A DNA stretch of 64,000 nt from Oligoflexales bacterium (lineage in GTDB: Bacteria; Bdellovibrionota_B; Oligoflexia; Oligoflexales; JALZUQ01): positions 106,030-170,029 of the forward strand of contig JALZUO010000008.1 in NCBI GenBank assembly GCA_023301565.1. Direction: 5' to 3'. This document shows, one piece after another, positions 18,734 through 28,189 of the stretch. The notes under the pieces are model-generated. The model did no database searches. It had not been told where the DNA came from and saw only the letters and a list, made by a program, of their open reading frames with translations. A program made the translations under genes and the position numbers. Numbering within the stretch: the first letter of the stretch is position 1; the number at the start of each line of letters is the position of its first letter.

Positions 18734-19493
18734 AATAAACATCTTAGCAAAGATCTTTTTCACTGGAGCTTTTGCTTTTTTCTTTGCATGTGGTGATGAC
18801 AACCGGCGGCAAGAGGTGGTTGATGATATTCGGATTTTAGGGGTCAAAAGCTCGCAGTCTGTGTTTGCTGTGGGATCTACTGGCCCTGCAAACCTTGAAA
18901 TATATGCCTTAGCACCTTCTGGAAAAACACCCGTATTTTCTGCTGCCACAGACTCTGGGGCGCAGCCCTCACGCAATAGCGTTAGTTTGGCGTTAGCCGG
19001 GGCAGCAGCTCAAACGGATCTTGGCAGCTTTGTGCTCTACCAGCAGAACGCTACCGTAGCTTTACCAGGTGTGAGTGCTGGGCTAGTTCCTGCAAATGAA
19101 AAAGGGGACGTGGTTTTTCGCTACTCTTTTCAGGTGACCGGCGGGAAAGAGCCTTTGCTGGGGGTAGGAGATTTGTTTTGGCTTAGAGGCTCCAGCGCCG
19201 CGTCCGTTGCCCTTGTCCCGCCTACGATCACCTTGAACTCGCCTAATAGCGGAGCAGATGTGGAAGTAGGCGAAGATATTAAGCTTTCTGCATCTATAAG
19301 CGGGGGGGCGACTGAAGATGTCCGTGTTTCTTGGTTCGTAGGAGGCGGTGAGGTCGTGAATTTTCGTGCGGCGACTACAACATGGAAGCCAGATGAGGCA
19401 GATCGTGGTAAATCCTTGCCTGTGCTCGTTGCGGTCAGAGGCCTGACATCGCGGAGCCTTGATCTCAAATGGGTGGTGGTAAATGTCAAATAA
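18723..19493 (+). CDS. Lipoprotein of unknown function, translationally coupled to the receptor gene
   Basis: The track ORF starts at 18627, inside the receptor gene. A lipoprotein signal 'ILAKIFFTGAFAFFFAC' begins at the in-frame GTG at 18723, which overlaps the receptor stop by 11 nt. The rest of the protein is beta-rich, G/S/A/V-rich and Ig-like in appearance. Confidence 0.55.
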   Translation: MSFRINILAKIFFTGAFAFFFACGDDNRRQEVVDDIRILGVKSSQSVFAVGSTGPANLEIYALAPSGKTPVFSAATDSGAQPSRNSVSLALAGAAAQTDLGSFVLYQQNATVALPGVSAGLVPANEKGDVVFRYSFQVTGGKEPLLGVGDLFWLRGSSAASVALVPPTITLNSPNSGADVEVGEDIKLSASISGGATEDVRVSWFVGGGEVVNFRAATTTWKPDEADRGKSLPVLVAVRGLTSRSLDLKWVVVNVK

Positions 19494-20409
19494 CGCACAA
19501 AATAGAAGAGCAGCTCTTCTTAAAAAAGAAGGTTGGGCTGGGGTTTGGACCGCGATGGTTACTCCTTTTGATCAAAGCGGAGAGATCGACTGGTCGGCAT
19601 GGGAAAAGCTTGTGCATCATCAATTGCGATCAAACGTGCGAGGGCTGGTTTTGTTTGGATCCACCGGTGAAGGGGCCACCCTTACTGTCAGTGAAAAACA
19701 AGAGCTCGTAGCCAAAACATGCAAGCTCCTGGGACAGGACCGTAGCGTTTATGTGATGGCGTCTACCGGAAAAAGCAGCACGCGTGAAACCGTTGAGCTT
19801 TCACGTATGGCCGAGCAAGCTGGTGCGGACGCACTACTTATGGCAACTCCAGCCTATAACAAGCCAACGCCTGCTGGCCTTCTTGCTCACTTTAAAGAAG
19901 CACAGGATGCTACCGGTCTTGCCATTTGCCTTTACCATATTCCTGGACGAACAGCCCAAAGACTTTCTTTAGACACACTGCTGCAACTTTCGCGGCTCGA
20001 GAAAATCACATCTATAAAGGAAGCTACTGCAGACCTGCAGCTTTTCCAAAACCTAGCGCATCAAACAGACTGCGCCGTACTATCAGGTGACGACCCCACG
20101 TATTTAGCAAGCTTAGCTTGCGGTGGTAGCGGCCTGGTTTCTGTGGCTAGCAACTGCTACCCAGAGCCGTTTGTTAAATTGTTTGAGCTTGCAGAAGCTG
20201 GAAACTTGAACGGCGCGCAAGACCTTAATCAAAAGCTTTTCCCCATAATCGAAGCCATGGGGATAGAAACCAACCCAGGACCGGTAAAGTTTTTCACTTC
20301 TCTTATGGGTATGGGCACTGACAGAATGCGAAGCCCACTCGCCCCTTGTTTGGCAGATTCTAAGGTACGAATGGAGAGCTTGTTTCAAAAATATAAAGAC
20401 TGTTTTTAA
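19483..20409 (+). CDS. dapA: 4-hydroxy-tetrahydrodipicolinate synthase
   Basis: 'GVWTAMVTPF', 'GSTGEGATLT', 'TPAYNKPT' and 'IKEAT' (catalytic Lys region). Confidence 0.9.
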   Translation: MSNNAQNRRAALLKKEGWAGVWTAMVTPFDQSGEIDWSAWEKLVHHQLRSNVRGLVLFGSTGEGATLTVSEKQELVAKTCKLLGQDRSVYVMASTGKSSTRETVELSRMAEQAGADALLMATPAYNKPTPAGLLAHFKEAQDATGLAICLYHIPGRTAQRLSLDTLLQLSRLEKITSIKEATADLQLFQNLAHQTDCAVLSGDDPTYLASLACGGSGLVSVASNCYPEPFVKLFELAEAGNLNGAQDLNQKLFPIIEAMGIETNPGPVKFFTSLMGMGTDRMRSPLAPCLADSKVRMESLFQKYKDCF

Positions 20410-20418
20410 ACCAAAGGT

Positions 20419-20679
20419 TTAATTGAACTTACTGCAAAAGTCTCTTGCAGTACTCGTTTTGGGAAAAATACTCACACACTGTGAGTTGATCTTGATCGAC
20501 CCAATGGCTCTAGTGTTATTTGATTTGCAGATCATTTCACCATCATTACCTACTGTCATGATTAAAACGTAAGTTTTTTTAACTGTTGTGCAGTCGTTTG
20601 ATTCGAAAGCAGAAAAAAAGAATGTTTCAGCCGAAAGCGGTAGACTGAGAAGAGAGAAAATCAAAATTAGTTTTTTCAT
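20419..20679 (-). CDS. Small secreted 4-Cys protein (86 aa)
   Basis: The signal peptide 'MKKLILIFSLLSLPLSA' begins at the internal Met, so I moved the start from 20721 to 20679. Four Cys in the mature part. No family recognised. Confidence 0.5.
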   Translation of the reverse strand: MKKLILIFSLLSLPLSAETFFFSAFESNDCTTVKKTYVLIMTVGNDGEMICKSNNTRAIGSIKINSQCVSIFPKTSTARDFCSKFN

Positions 20680-20880
20680 AAGTAGAACTCCATCTGATAC
20701 ATAAACTGGTAAACTGCACAAATGGTATAGAAGAGATAGAAGTGATGCAAGTGCCTACAAAAGCAGTTTGTTTCGCGAGGTTTTTAGTGGGTGTATCTTG
20801 CTAGGTTCACAGCTGAAAAGAAGTATGAACTTACATGCGATGACAAATGAGCTATGTAAAATATTTAGCACCATTGAATG

Positions 20881-21819
20881 TTATAAAAACCGGGTGATGC
20901 AATAGCCGCTGGCGTCATATCCGATGCAAACAGAGTGGTCAAAATTTGTGGGGTACTGGAACGTGCTGCCCTGGTTTTGCTGCGTTCGATAACCCTGCTG
21001 CTGCGTGTATGTATGGGGGACAGCCGAATTAGGCGAAGGCGCATAGGTAGAAGGTGCGTATGTAGTTGGTAAGTCGGCGCTAGTAGCCTGTTGCTGCGGC
21101 TGCGGCGCAGAAGATCCAAGAAAGCCGTTAATCCAGTTACGGTTTATTCCGTCTGCAGCGTTTGCATAAGCGTATGACGTAGGATTGCTTTTACTAAAGA
21201 CGCCTACAATAGTGTCGTTTACAAGTATGGGGCCACCGGAATCACCTAGGTTTCCCGTTGCGTTACCCGGGCCGTTAGTTGCGAGAATGACGTCCTGAGC
21301 AGGGGTGTGTACTTGCACATTGTGGGTTGACCCTGTTCTTTTTGTTCCGAACGCGCTTCCTGTGTTAGTGATTCCAAGACCTACTATTGTTGCGCTACTT
21401 ATGTGGTTAGGCAGTGAAGGTGCAAGACTCATAATTGCTGGTGCGACGTTTTGATCAAAAACAACTACAGCAATGTCATGTGCAGCACTAGAAAAGGTTT
21501 GGTTAGAAAAAAAGTTGGGCATGCTGTGCGCGCGGCCTTGGTAGGATTGGTAGTAGGAAATGGGGCTGCTAGCAATGCAGTGAGCAGCAGTAAGAGCTAG
21601 GTTTCCAGCTATAAAAGTACCTGAACATCTTTGACCGTTTGCTGCAGTCAATGCAACTACGGCCGGATAGGCATTTGTGCTGCTGCCGCCAGAAATTTTC
21701 AGGTCAGATCCGGTTTCATTAGCGCAGGCGAAAGAACCAAAAATCATTGCATTAAGTATAGCTGTCGATAGAATGTGTTTTTTTACTTTGCTGACATATA
21801 ACTTGTATTTTTGAGACAA
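20881..21819 (-). CDS. Secreted trypsin-like (S1) serine protease with a Q/P/T/Y-rich C-terminal extension
   Basis: Catalytic triad contexts 'LTAAHC', 'DIAVVVF' and 'GDSGGPI'. Signal peptide present. The tail is 'PQPQQQATSADLPTTYAPSTYAPSPNSAVPHTYTQQQGYRTQQNQ...CIGYDASGYCITRFL'. Confidence 0.85.
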   Translation of the reverse strand: MSQKYKLYVSKVKKHILSTAILNAMIFGSFACANETGSDLKISGGSSTNAYPAVVALTAANGQRCSGTFIAGNLALTAAHCIASSPISYYQSYQGRAHSMPNFFSNQTFSSAAHDIAVVVFDQNVAPAIMSLAPSLPNHISSATIVGLGITNTGSAFGTKRTGSTHNVQVHTPAQDVILATNGPGNATGNLGDSGGPILVNDTIVGVFSKSNPTSYAYANAADGINRNWINGFLGSSAPQPQQQATSADLPTTYAPSTYAPSPNSAVPHTYTQQQGYRTQQNQGSTFQYPTNFDHSVCIGYDASGYCITRFL

Positions 21820-22121
21820 ACGTATGCTCCATTCGTTAAAAAGGTACTCATCTCTTTAGTGCAAGAAGTTAACCGTCTTTTTTCTCTTTAAAATTGGGTA
21901 GGTATACTGATTTTTGTGTAAAAGGTTTTGGCAGTAGCGTCCAACTTTTGGGCGATTTGACGGGCATTTATACTCGGTATCCTAGCACAATAGCGCAATT
22001 TCAAAGCTCAAATTAGGTGCCTTGCCTGATAGACCGTACATAGGCCAGTAAATCATGTTATATGAGAAGCTGCACATAGGGGCGATAGATCATTCAATAC
22101 ATCAAAACATATGCAAACTTT

Positions 22122-22652
22122 TTGGATGAAGCCTTTTGCAAGAAATGCATTGAAAAGTTCAACGCAGACTCAAAAGTGCAGCCGGACCCTCAGCCAGATT
22201 ACAGCTTGCGCCGGTACCTAAACATTTCAAAGCAGCCAGATTGGCGAAGTATCGCGATGACTGCCACCCTTGCCAGTAGAGATTTAGCCGACCATTATTT
22301 TAGAAGACCAGCTGGTATGGAAGATGTAATGCCTTTTGACTTGATGGACGATGGGTTTATTTTGGCACACTATAAGCCCGGAGATGCATTGGAGCTGCAT
22401 ATCGATGGACAAAGCTCTGAAAAAGGCAACAACGGTCTTCGAGTAGCGACGGTCTTGTTTTTTTTGAATCAGGCAAAAGGCGGTGAGCTAGAGTTTCCTC
22501 TTCAAAGCCAAACCATCAAACCGGCTCTTGGATCGGGTGTGGTGTTTCCAGTAGATTTTAATTTTCCGCATCGGGTGCTTCCCGCAAAAACAGACCGCTA
22601 TATCTTGCAGACCTGGCTGACAGACGCCCGCTATCAAGTAGTGGATGCTTGA
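22122..22652 (+). CDS. 2OG-Fe(II) oxygenase superfamily protein (prolyl 4-hydroxylase-like)
   Basis: HxD...H iron triad candidates 'LHIDG' and 'FPHRVLP', plus 'GGELEFP'. The frame is open from 22089 ('...IKTYANFLDEAFC') with no ATG, GTG or TTG before the TTG at 22122, so the true N-terminus is uncertain. Confidence 0.65.
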   Translation: MDEAFCKKCIEKFNADSKVQPDPQPDYSLRRYLNISKQPDWRSIAMTATLASRDLADHYFRRPAGMEDVMPFDLMDDGFILAHYKPGDALELHIDGQSSEKGNNGLRVATVLFFLNQAKGGELEFPLQSQTIKPALGSGVVFPVDFNFPHRVLPAKTDRYILQTWLTDARYQVVDA

Positions 22653-22772
22653 ACAAAGTAAGAGCAGCTCTTTTGTGGCATGAGCGACAGGCTCTTCCGG
22701 GCTTTTTTGGCTTCCTTTCTCAAACCGTCGTATAATCTTATCCTGAATTTTTCTACCGTACGGAGGCTTATA

Positions 22773-24872
22773 ATGGCTAGTAGTTTTGAAGATCATTTTG
22801 CAGAAACAGGGATTCCGAAGTTTAGTGAGTTTACGCCAGAGGCGGTTGTGAAGGCAGCAGATTATCTTGAAAAAAAAGTAGATGAGTTCCTGGCTGGGGT
22901 TGAATCGGCCAAAACAGCTACGTGGGAAAACACGCTTGGCGCCTCCGAGGATCTTGACTTTTTGTTTCAGCAAGTATGGTCGCCGTTCGGACACCTAATG
23001 AATGTGAGTCAATCAGATGAGCTTCGAGCAAGCTACGAAGAGCAGATGCCGAGAATCGTGCAGATGGGCCTTAAGATAGAACAGAATAAAAAGCTGTTTG
23101 GTTTGTTAGATGGCTGGAAAAGTTCCGAAAAGTGGTCTGTAACGCCTGATTGGCAAAAAAAGGCGATCGAAGACTACCTGTTAGGTGCAAAAAACTCTGG
23201 GATTGCCCTTGGAGATAAAGAAAAAGAGGAGTTCAACTCTATTTCTGAAAAGCTAAGTAAGCTAAGCCAAACCTTTAGCAACAATATGCTCGATGCTACT
23301 AATGCTTGGAAAAAAGTTTTTACAGATAAAGGTAGGTTCAAGGGGTTACCAGACTCGTTTTTAAAAGCATGCGCTGAGTCTTATGCAAAACACAATGAGG
23401 CCGAGCCAAACTACGACGTTGGCCCTTGGCAAATTGGGCTAAGCGGGCCTGAGTACATGCAGGTTTTAAAGTATGCGGACGACCGGGAGCTGCGTAAAGA
23501 GTTTTACTTTGCACGCACAGCGCTAGCTGGTCCATCCGATACAAAATACGATAACTCTGCTCATATGTTAGAAATTTTAAAGCTGCGCCGCCGAAAATCA
23601 AACCTACTTGGCTACAACGACTATACCGAGCTCAGTCTTTCAGAAAAGATGGCTGCGGACGCTTTGGAGGTTAAAAAGCTTTTGGGCGATGTCGCCGACA
23701 AAGCAAAGCCGCTGGCCATGCAAGAATATGACGTTATGAACGCCTTTGCTAAAAACCAAGGTTATGTCAGCGATGAGCTTCGGCAGTGGGATCAAACCTA
23801 TGCAAGCTTTAAGTACCGCGAGCAAAAGCTTGGGATCAACCATCAAGAAGTAAAAAAGTATTTTACCTTAGAGAAAACCCTTGAGGGTTTGTTTGCAGTA
23901 TCCAAAGAGGTTTTAGGGGTAGAAGTCGTAGAGTCTAAGGCTGACAGTTCTGTACCGACCTGGCACCAAGATGCCCGCTACTACACGGTTAAGGACCTAA
24001 AGTCAGGGAGCAAGATCGCGGCTTTTTTCTTGGACCCTTTTGCGAGGCCAGGCCTTAAAAGAGGTGGTGCGTGGATGGATGTTTGTCAGCAGAGGTTTTT
24101 TCGTAGTGCTAACGGTCCACTTACAAAGCGTGAGATCCTTCCGACCGCGTATTTGGTTTGTAACAGCATGACCCCTTCTGCTGGAGAGCCAGCTCTGTTA
24201 GATTTTAGCGATGTAGTGACCTTGTTTCATGAGTTTGGCCACGGGCTTCAGCACATGTTGACGCAGGTTGACTACAGCGGGTTTTCTGGCATTAGCGGAG
24301 TCGAGTGGGATGCAGTGGAGCTTCCGAGCCAGTTTATGGAAAATTGGGCATACCAGCCGGATGTTTTAAAGGGCATGACTGCTCACAAAGAAACCGGTAA
24401 GCCTCTTCCTGATGATTTGATTGAAAAGCTGCAAGAAGAAAGGTTTTTCTTAGAGGCTACCACAACGATGCGCCAAGTGTGTTTTGCACTTACAGATATT
24501 GAAATCCACTTGGCTGAAGTCGGTAAAGATCCGATGGATATTTACCGGTCTATTGCTGGAGATATCTCTGTGCTCAAGCCAGTCAAGGAAAGTGCTTTTC
24601 TTTGCCAGTTTTCTCATATTTTTGCAGGTGGTTACGCCAGCGGTTATTACAGCTACAAATGGGCTGAGCTTATGAGTGCAGATGCCTTTGGGTATTTTGA
24701 AGAAAAAGGTGCAAGCGATAAAGCCGTGCGCCAAGAGCTAGGACGTAGGTTCCGTCAAACAGTTTTAGCGCTTGGCGGAAGCAAGCCTGCAGCAGAAGTT
24801 TACGAGCTGTTTAGAGGGCGTGGGCCTAAGCCTGACAGCCTTCTTGCTAGCATTAGGCCGCTTAGTGCTTAG
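22773..24872 (+). CDS. prlC: Oligopeptidase A (M3 family zinc metallopeptidase)
   Basis: 'HEFGHGLQH' zinc motif and 'VEWDAVELPSQFMENW'. About 700 aa. I place the start at the ATG at 22773 ('MASSFEDHF', ggagg 6 nt upstream), not the track start at 22680. Confidence 0.9.
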   Translation: MASSFEDHFAETGIPKFSEFTPEAVVKAADYLEKKVDEFLAGVESAKTATWENTLGASEDLDFLFQQVWSPFGHLMNVSQSDELRASYEEQMPRIVQMGLKIEQNKKLFGLLDGWKSSEKWSVTPDWQKKAIEDYLLGAKNSGIALGDKEKEEFNSISEKLSKLSQTFSNNMLDATNAWKKVFTDKGRFKGLPDSFLKACAESYAKHNEAEPNYDVGPWQIGLSGPEYMQVLKYADDRELRKEFYFARTALAGPSDTKYDNSAHMLEILKLRRRKSNLLGYNDYTELSLSEKMAADALEVKKLLGDVADKAKPLAMQEYDVMNAFAKNQGYVSDELRQWDQTYASFKYREQKLGINHQEVKKYFTLEKTLEGLFAVSKEVLGVEVVESKADSSVPTWHQDARYYTVKDLKSGSKIAAFFLDPFARPGLKRGGAWMDVCQQRFFRSANGPLTKREILPTAYLVCNSMTPSAGEPALLDFSDVVTLFHEFGHGLQHMLTQVDYSGFSGISGVEWDAVELPSQFMENWAYQPDVLKGMTAHKETGKPLPDDLIEKLQEERFFLEATTTMRQVCFALTDIEIHLAEVGKDPMDIYRSIAGDISVLKPVKESAFLCQFSHIFAGGYASGYYSYKWAELMSADAFGYFEEKGASDKAVRQELGRRFRQTVLALGGSKPAAEVYELFRGRGPKPDSLLASIRPLSA

Positions 24873-24891
24873 ACGCGTATTACTATGAGCT

Positions 24892-25515
24892 TTAAGGCTT
24901 GTAGCTATCTGGATGTGCTTGTGCAAAACCTTTGGTCTTTGTGCAAGCATTTTCAATTTCAAGAAGGCTTGGGTAGGCGTTCAGGTCAATATCAAACCGG
25001 CGGGCATTGTATAGCTGCGGGATAAGGCAAAGATCAGCAAACGAAAGCTGGTCTCCTATAGAAAACGAACCGGGTTGATCCCATGAGCTTCGTAGGTCTG
25101 CAAATGCTTTGAGGCCTTTGCAGATAAAGTGTTTGGCCCAAGCATGCTGATCTTCTTTGTGCTCTGAGTGCCGCTTAAACACAGATGGATTTTGCAGGGG
25201 CTGCGTTGCCGAAAAGATAATGCTAGATAATGCCCGCATACGCTGCTTTTGCAAGAGGTCTTTAGGTATAAGGCTTTGGGTAGGGAAGCTCTCTTCAACC
25301 CATTCAAGGATGGACCAAGACTCTGTCAAGGTCGCGCCGTTTGCAAGCTCTAGGACAGGGACGAAGGCGAGAGGGTTTTTTTCTAAAAACTCTGGCTTTC
25401 TTTGCTCGCCCTTAAGAAGGTCAACGGCAACTGTTTCAAACTCAATGTCTTTATAGAAAAAGGCCCAGCGCAGCCGCCAAGAACAAGAGGAACGCCAGTA
25501 GTGGTAGAGTTTCAT
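24892..25515 (-). CDS. maiA: Maleylacetoacetate isomerase / zeta-class glutathione S-transferase
   Basis: 'MKLYHYWRSSCSWRLRWAF' (the SSC motif of GST-zeta) and 'VPVL'. I prefer the second ATG (25515) because of SD spacing. Confidence 0.75.
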   Translation of the reverse strand: MKLYHYWRSSCSWRLRWAFFYKDIEFETVAVDLLKGEQRKPEFLEKNPLAFVPVLELANGATLTESWSILEWVEESFPTQSLIPKDLLQKQRMRALSSIIFSATQPLQNPSVFKRHSEHKEDQHAWAKHFICKGLKAFADLRSSWDQPGSFSIGDQLSFADLCLIPQLYNARRFDIDLNAYPSLLEIENACTKTKGFAQAHPDSYKP

Positions 25516-25596
25516 TGTTTGCATTCCTCTTGTCGTAAAAACATTTATACCAAGTTCTTAGTTGACATGCGTTGGTGCCCTTTTGACTTTGGCTTA

Positions 25597-26481
25597 CTAT
25601 TCGCTCGCTTTGGCAATAGCTAGGTCTACGACTCGCCCGGCACCTTTTTCGATCATACGTACCTTGTGACTTTTGTCAGCTACAACAAAGGCGGGTATCG
25701 AAGAAATAGGCCACTTTGACTGAATCTTGCCACCTACGTCTAAAACGATTTTGAACCTAGGTTTTTGCGATAGCATGAACTCGCGAACCACCGATTCTTC
25801 TTGGGTGGTGATGGCAAGTACGGCAATGTTTTTTGCCTGCGCTGAAAAAGCATTTAATTTTCCGTGTGTAGATAAACATGCCGGGCACCAGGTCGCCCAG
25901 AACTTCAGAATCAGGGCTTTTCCGGCAAAGCTAGATAAGCTTGTATCTGTAACCCTGACCTCTCCTTTACCTGCGTGAGAGCTGCCACCTAGCAAAGAAG
26001 AAAACCAGCCTTTTGGTTTGTCTTCTTGCGGAATAAACTCAAGGATCTTGAGTGCGTAGTCATCTAATTTTTTATTCATGTGCATGTTTTTGAGAACTTC
26101 TACTTCGTTTGGTTTGGGGATCAAAGAAACAACTTTGGACATTGCTTTGCCCTCACGCGCCCAACGAAACTCCAAAGCTTGCCCAACGTTTTTGGAGCCT
26201 ACAATTTGGCTAAACTGCTTTGGGCTGCTTACTTTTGCTCCGCCAATATGGGTCACCACATCTCCGGGCTGCATCCCTGCTTTTTCTGCCGCAGAGTCGA
26301 CAAAAACACCGTTTAACATCACACCTTTTGCATCGTAACCAAGTTGTACGCCAAGCCAAGGCGGACGTTTTGCAAAGCTATTGGCACTAAATCCAATCAG
26401 CCCAACAGTAAATATAATAGTCCAAAGAGATTTATTCAGCACGGCAGTGTCTCCAAAATAAGTGAATCTACAGTATATCAC
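25597..26481 (-). CDS. Periplasmic PDZ-domain + TlpA-like thioredoxin-fold protein
   Basis: Signal/anchor segment. PDZ-like 'GVMLNGVFVDSAAEKAGMQPGDVVTHIGGAKV'. Thioredoxin motif 'FWATWCPAC'. Confidence 0.8.
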   Translation of the reverse strand: MIYCRFTYFGDTAVLNKSLWTIIFTVGLIGFSANSFAKRPPWLGVQLGYDAKGVMLNGVFVDSAAEKAGMQPGDVVTHIGGAKVSSPKQFSQIVGSKNVGQALEFRWAREGKAMSKVVSLIPKPNEVEVLKNMHMNKKLDDYALKILEFIPQEDKPKGWFSSLLGGSSHAGKGEVRVTDTSLSSFAGKALILKFWATWCPACLSTHGKLNAFSAQAKNIAVLAITTQEESVVREFMLSQKPRFKIVLDVGGKIQSKWPISSIPAFVVADKSHKVRMIEKGAGRVVDLAIAKASE

Positions 26482-26536
26482 TTATATAACACCGCTAGGT
26501 CTGGGTGAGAAGCAGCTGCTAAAACAAGGCTCTTAC

Positions 26537-28102
26537 TTAAACCGGAAACTGATCTTTAAGACTATCCAGTGCAGGTTCTGCAATGAGGTGAAAGCCGTAC
26601 TTTCTAAGAATGGAGTTGTAAACGCCACGCCTCTTTTTAAGCCTTGCAAGGGTTGCCTCGTAAGCTGCTTGGATTAGAGGGATCTGGATTTTAAAGCGCA
26701 TAGGAGAGCCTAACATCAGCTCGCAGCACTTGCTGTCAGGCTGGAACACCATAAAGTCTACCTCTGGGTAACGTTCAGTGATGTGGCGGATGGTGTCTTC
26801 AAAGCGCGTCGATACCATGGCTTTGATGACTTGCAGGGTTGTATGTACGCCGCCAGCGTCCTTGTTGCCGCCTGGCCGAAGGGTTGCATATGGTTTGAGC
26901 GGATCAAGGATAAAGCAAAGACCTACCCCGCGCTGAAACACAGCCTCTAAATTACAAGAACTCGTTACTTGGCCGTCGATGTAGTAGCGGCCATCGATTT
27001 CAACCGGAGTAAACACAGGAGGCAAAGAAGCCGAAGCCCGCATGGCTTTGCTAATACGGGTATCCTTGTTCTCTCCTGTACCAAAGATGACGTGGTTAAA
27101 GGAGTCTTGATCTGTGGTCCCTATCAGCAGCTCCGTTTTTAGTTTGCCAAAAGAGTCTTTGCAGGGCGTGGTTTCGAGTATGTCGCGAAAGTAGGTCTCA
27201 ATAGCGTCACCTTTAAAAATACCGGTTGGTATGCTGCGTGTGATGCGTTTTGTCCACTGATCTGGCAGCAGTGTTCGGATGTCTAGCTGCTCTTTAACAA
27301 AGCGTCCGAGCATGCGCGTGGCTGCAAAGTCGTAGATCATCGAGGCGGTAAAGGTCGGGTAGATATCGGACTTGCCGGCAAAGGCGCGGATCAATTCATC
27401 TGTTTTTACTCCCGCTGCCAGTATGCTACCTACGATCGAGCCGCTCGAAATCCCTGAGATAACTTTTGCGTCTACAAGCTTTCTGCCTTTTATACTTTTT
27501 TCTAGAGCAAGCAAGGTTCCAAGCTGAAACAAAAGACCATCTAGTCCGCCGCCGCTCAAAGCCATACCGAACTCGCGGCTACGCGGGCTAGCAGTGGTTT
27601 CACCGAGGTTAAACCCGATGCTGGCAATTAGCTGCTCCCAGGTAGACTGTTCTGTGGTAGAGCCATGCACGAGTCCGCCAAGTTTCCAGCGTGCAAGTTC
27701 AAACGAAAGTATGCCGGCACGCCTCGGAGAGTTTCCTGCATGCGTAGTGGTTAGGCTTACCCGGCTTAAAGGAAGGAAAAACTCAGGGCCCCAGCTATCG
27801 CTTAAAGACCGAATATTTTTTGTAAGGCTTTGAACGGCATCAGCTATTTCGCTTACTTTTTTCTTGCCCGTATCTAAGCAAACAAGGTCAGGTTTTCGCT
27901 GGTAGAGAACCGGAAAGATAGCGTCAAGATCCGTCACTTCACTGATGCGAAGCAGTTTTTTCTGTGGCCCCCGAAACAAATAAGAATCGGGCTCTTTTTT
28001 AACAAGAGTAAAATCTGCTGGCAGGCTGGGTGGCTGCATTTGGCTGCCGCCGTGCAAGCGAACCCAAAGTATGAGTGATTCTGGTTCTGTTTCTATAGTC
28101 AT
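26537..28102 (-). CDS. Patatin-like phospholipase with a ~190-aa N-terminal domain of unknown function
   Basis: Oxyanion 'LSGGGLDG', nucleophile elbow 'GISSG' and catalytic Asp 'YIDGQV'. No signal peptide is evident. Confidence 0.85.
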   Translation of the reverse strand: MTIETEPESLILWVRLHGGSQMQPPSLPADFTLVKKEPDSYLFRGPQKKLLRISEVTDLDAIFPVLYQRKPDLVCLDTGKKKVSEIADAVQSLTKNIRSLSDSWGPEFFLPLSRVSLTTTHAGNSPRRAGILSFELARWKLGGLVHGSTTEQSTWEQLIASIGFNLGETTASPRSREFGMALSGGGLDGLLFQLGTLLALEKSIKGRKLVDAKVISGISSGSIVGSILAAGVKTDELIRAFAGKSDIYPTFTASMIYDFAATRMLGRFVKEQLDIRTLLPDQWTKRITRSIPTGIFKGDAIETYFRDILETTPCKDSFGKLKTELLIGTTDQDSFNHVIFGTGENKDTRISKAMRASASLPPVFTPVEIDGRYYIDGQVTSSCNLEAVFQRGVGLCFILDPLKPYATLRPGGNKDAGGVHTTLQVIKAMVSTRFEDTIRHITERYPEVDFMVFQPDSKCCELMLGSPMRFKIQIPLIQAAYEATLARLKKRRGVYNSILRKYGFHLIAEPALDSLKDQFPV

Positions 28103-28189
28103 AACTAAAGAGTATAGAAGACTTCTAGCCCGTCTGTCGATGGGTGAGCCTAGGGCATGGCGCCCTAGCCATCACCTTGTAGGGCTTAC

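Noticed and set aside
22488-22994. 168-aa minus-strand ORF spanning the oxygenase 3' end and the prlC 5' end
   Set aside because: It overlaps two supported plus-strand genes and the intergenic SD of prlC. It has no motifs and is best explained as a chance open frame.
26537-28102. The patatin-like lipase as a CBASS CapV-type defence effector
   Set aside because: No CD-NTase/cyclase, E1/E2/JAB, HORMA/TRIP13 or other CBASS partner gene is adjacent. The neighbours are periplasmic redox genes.
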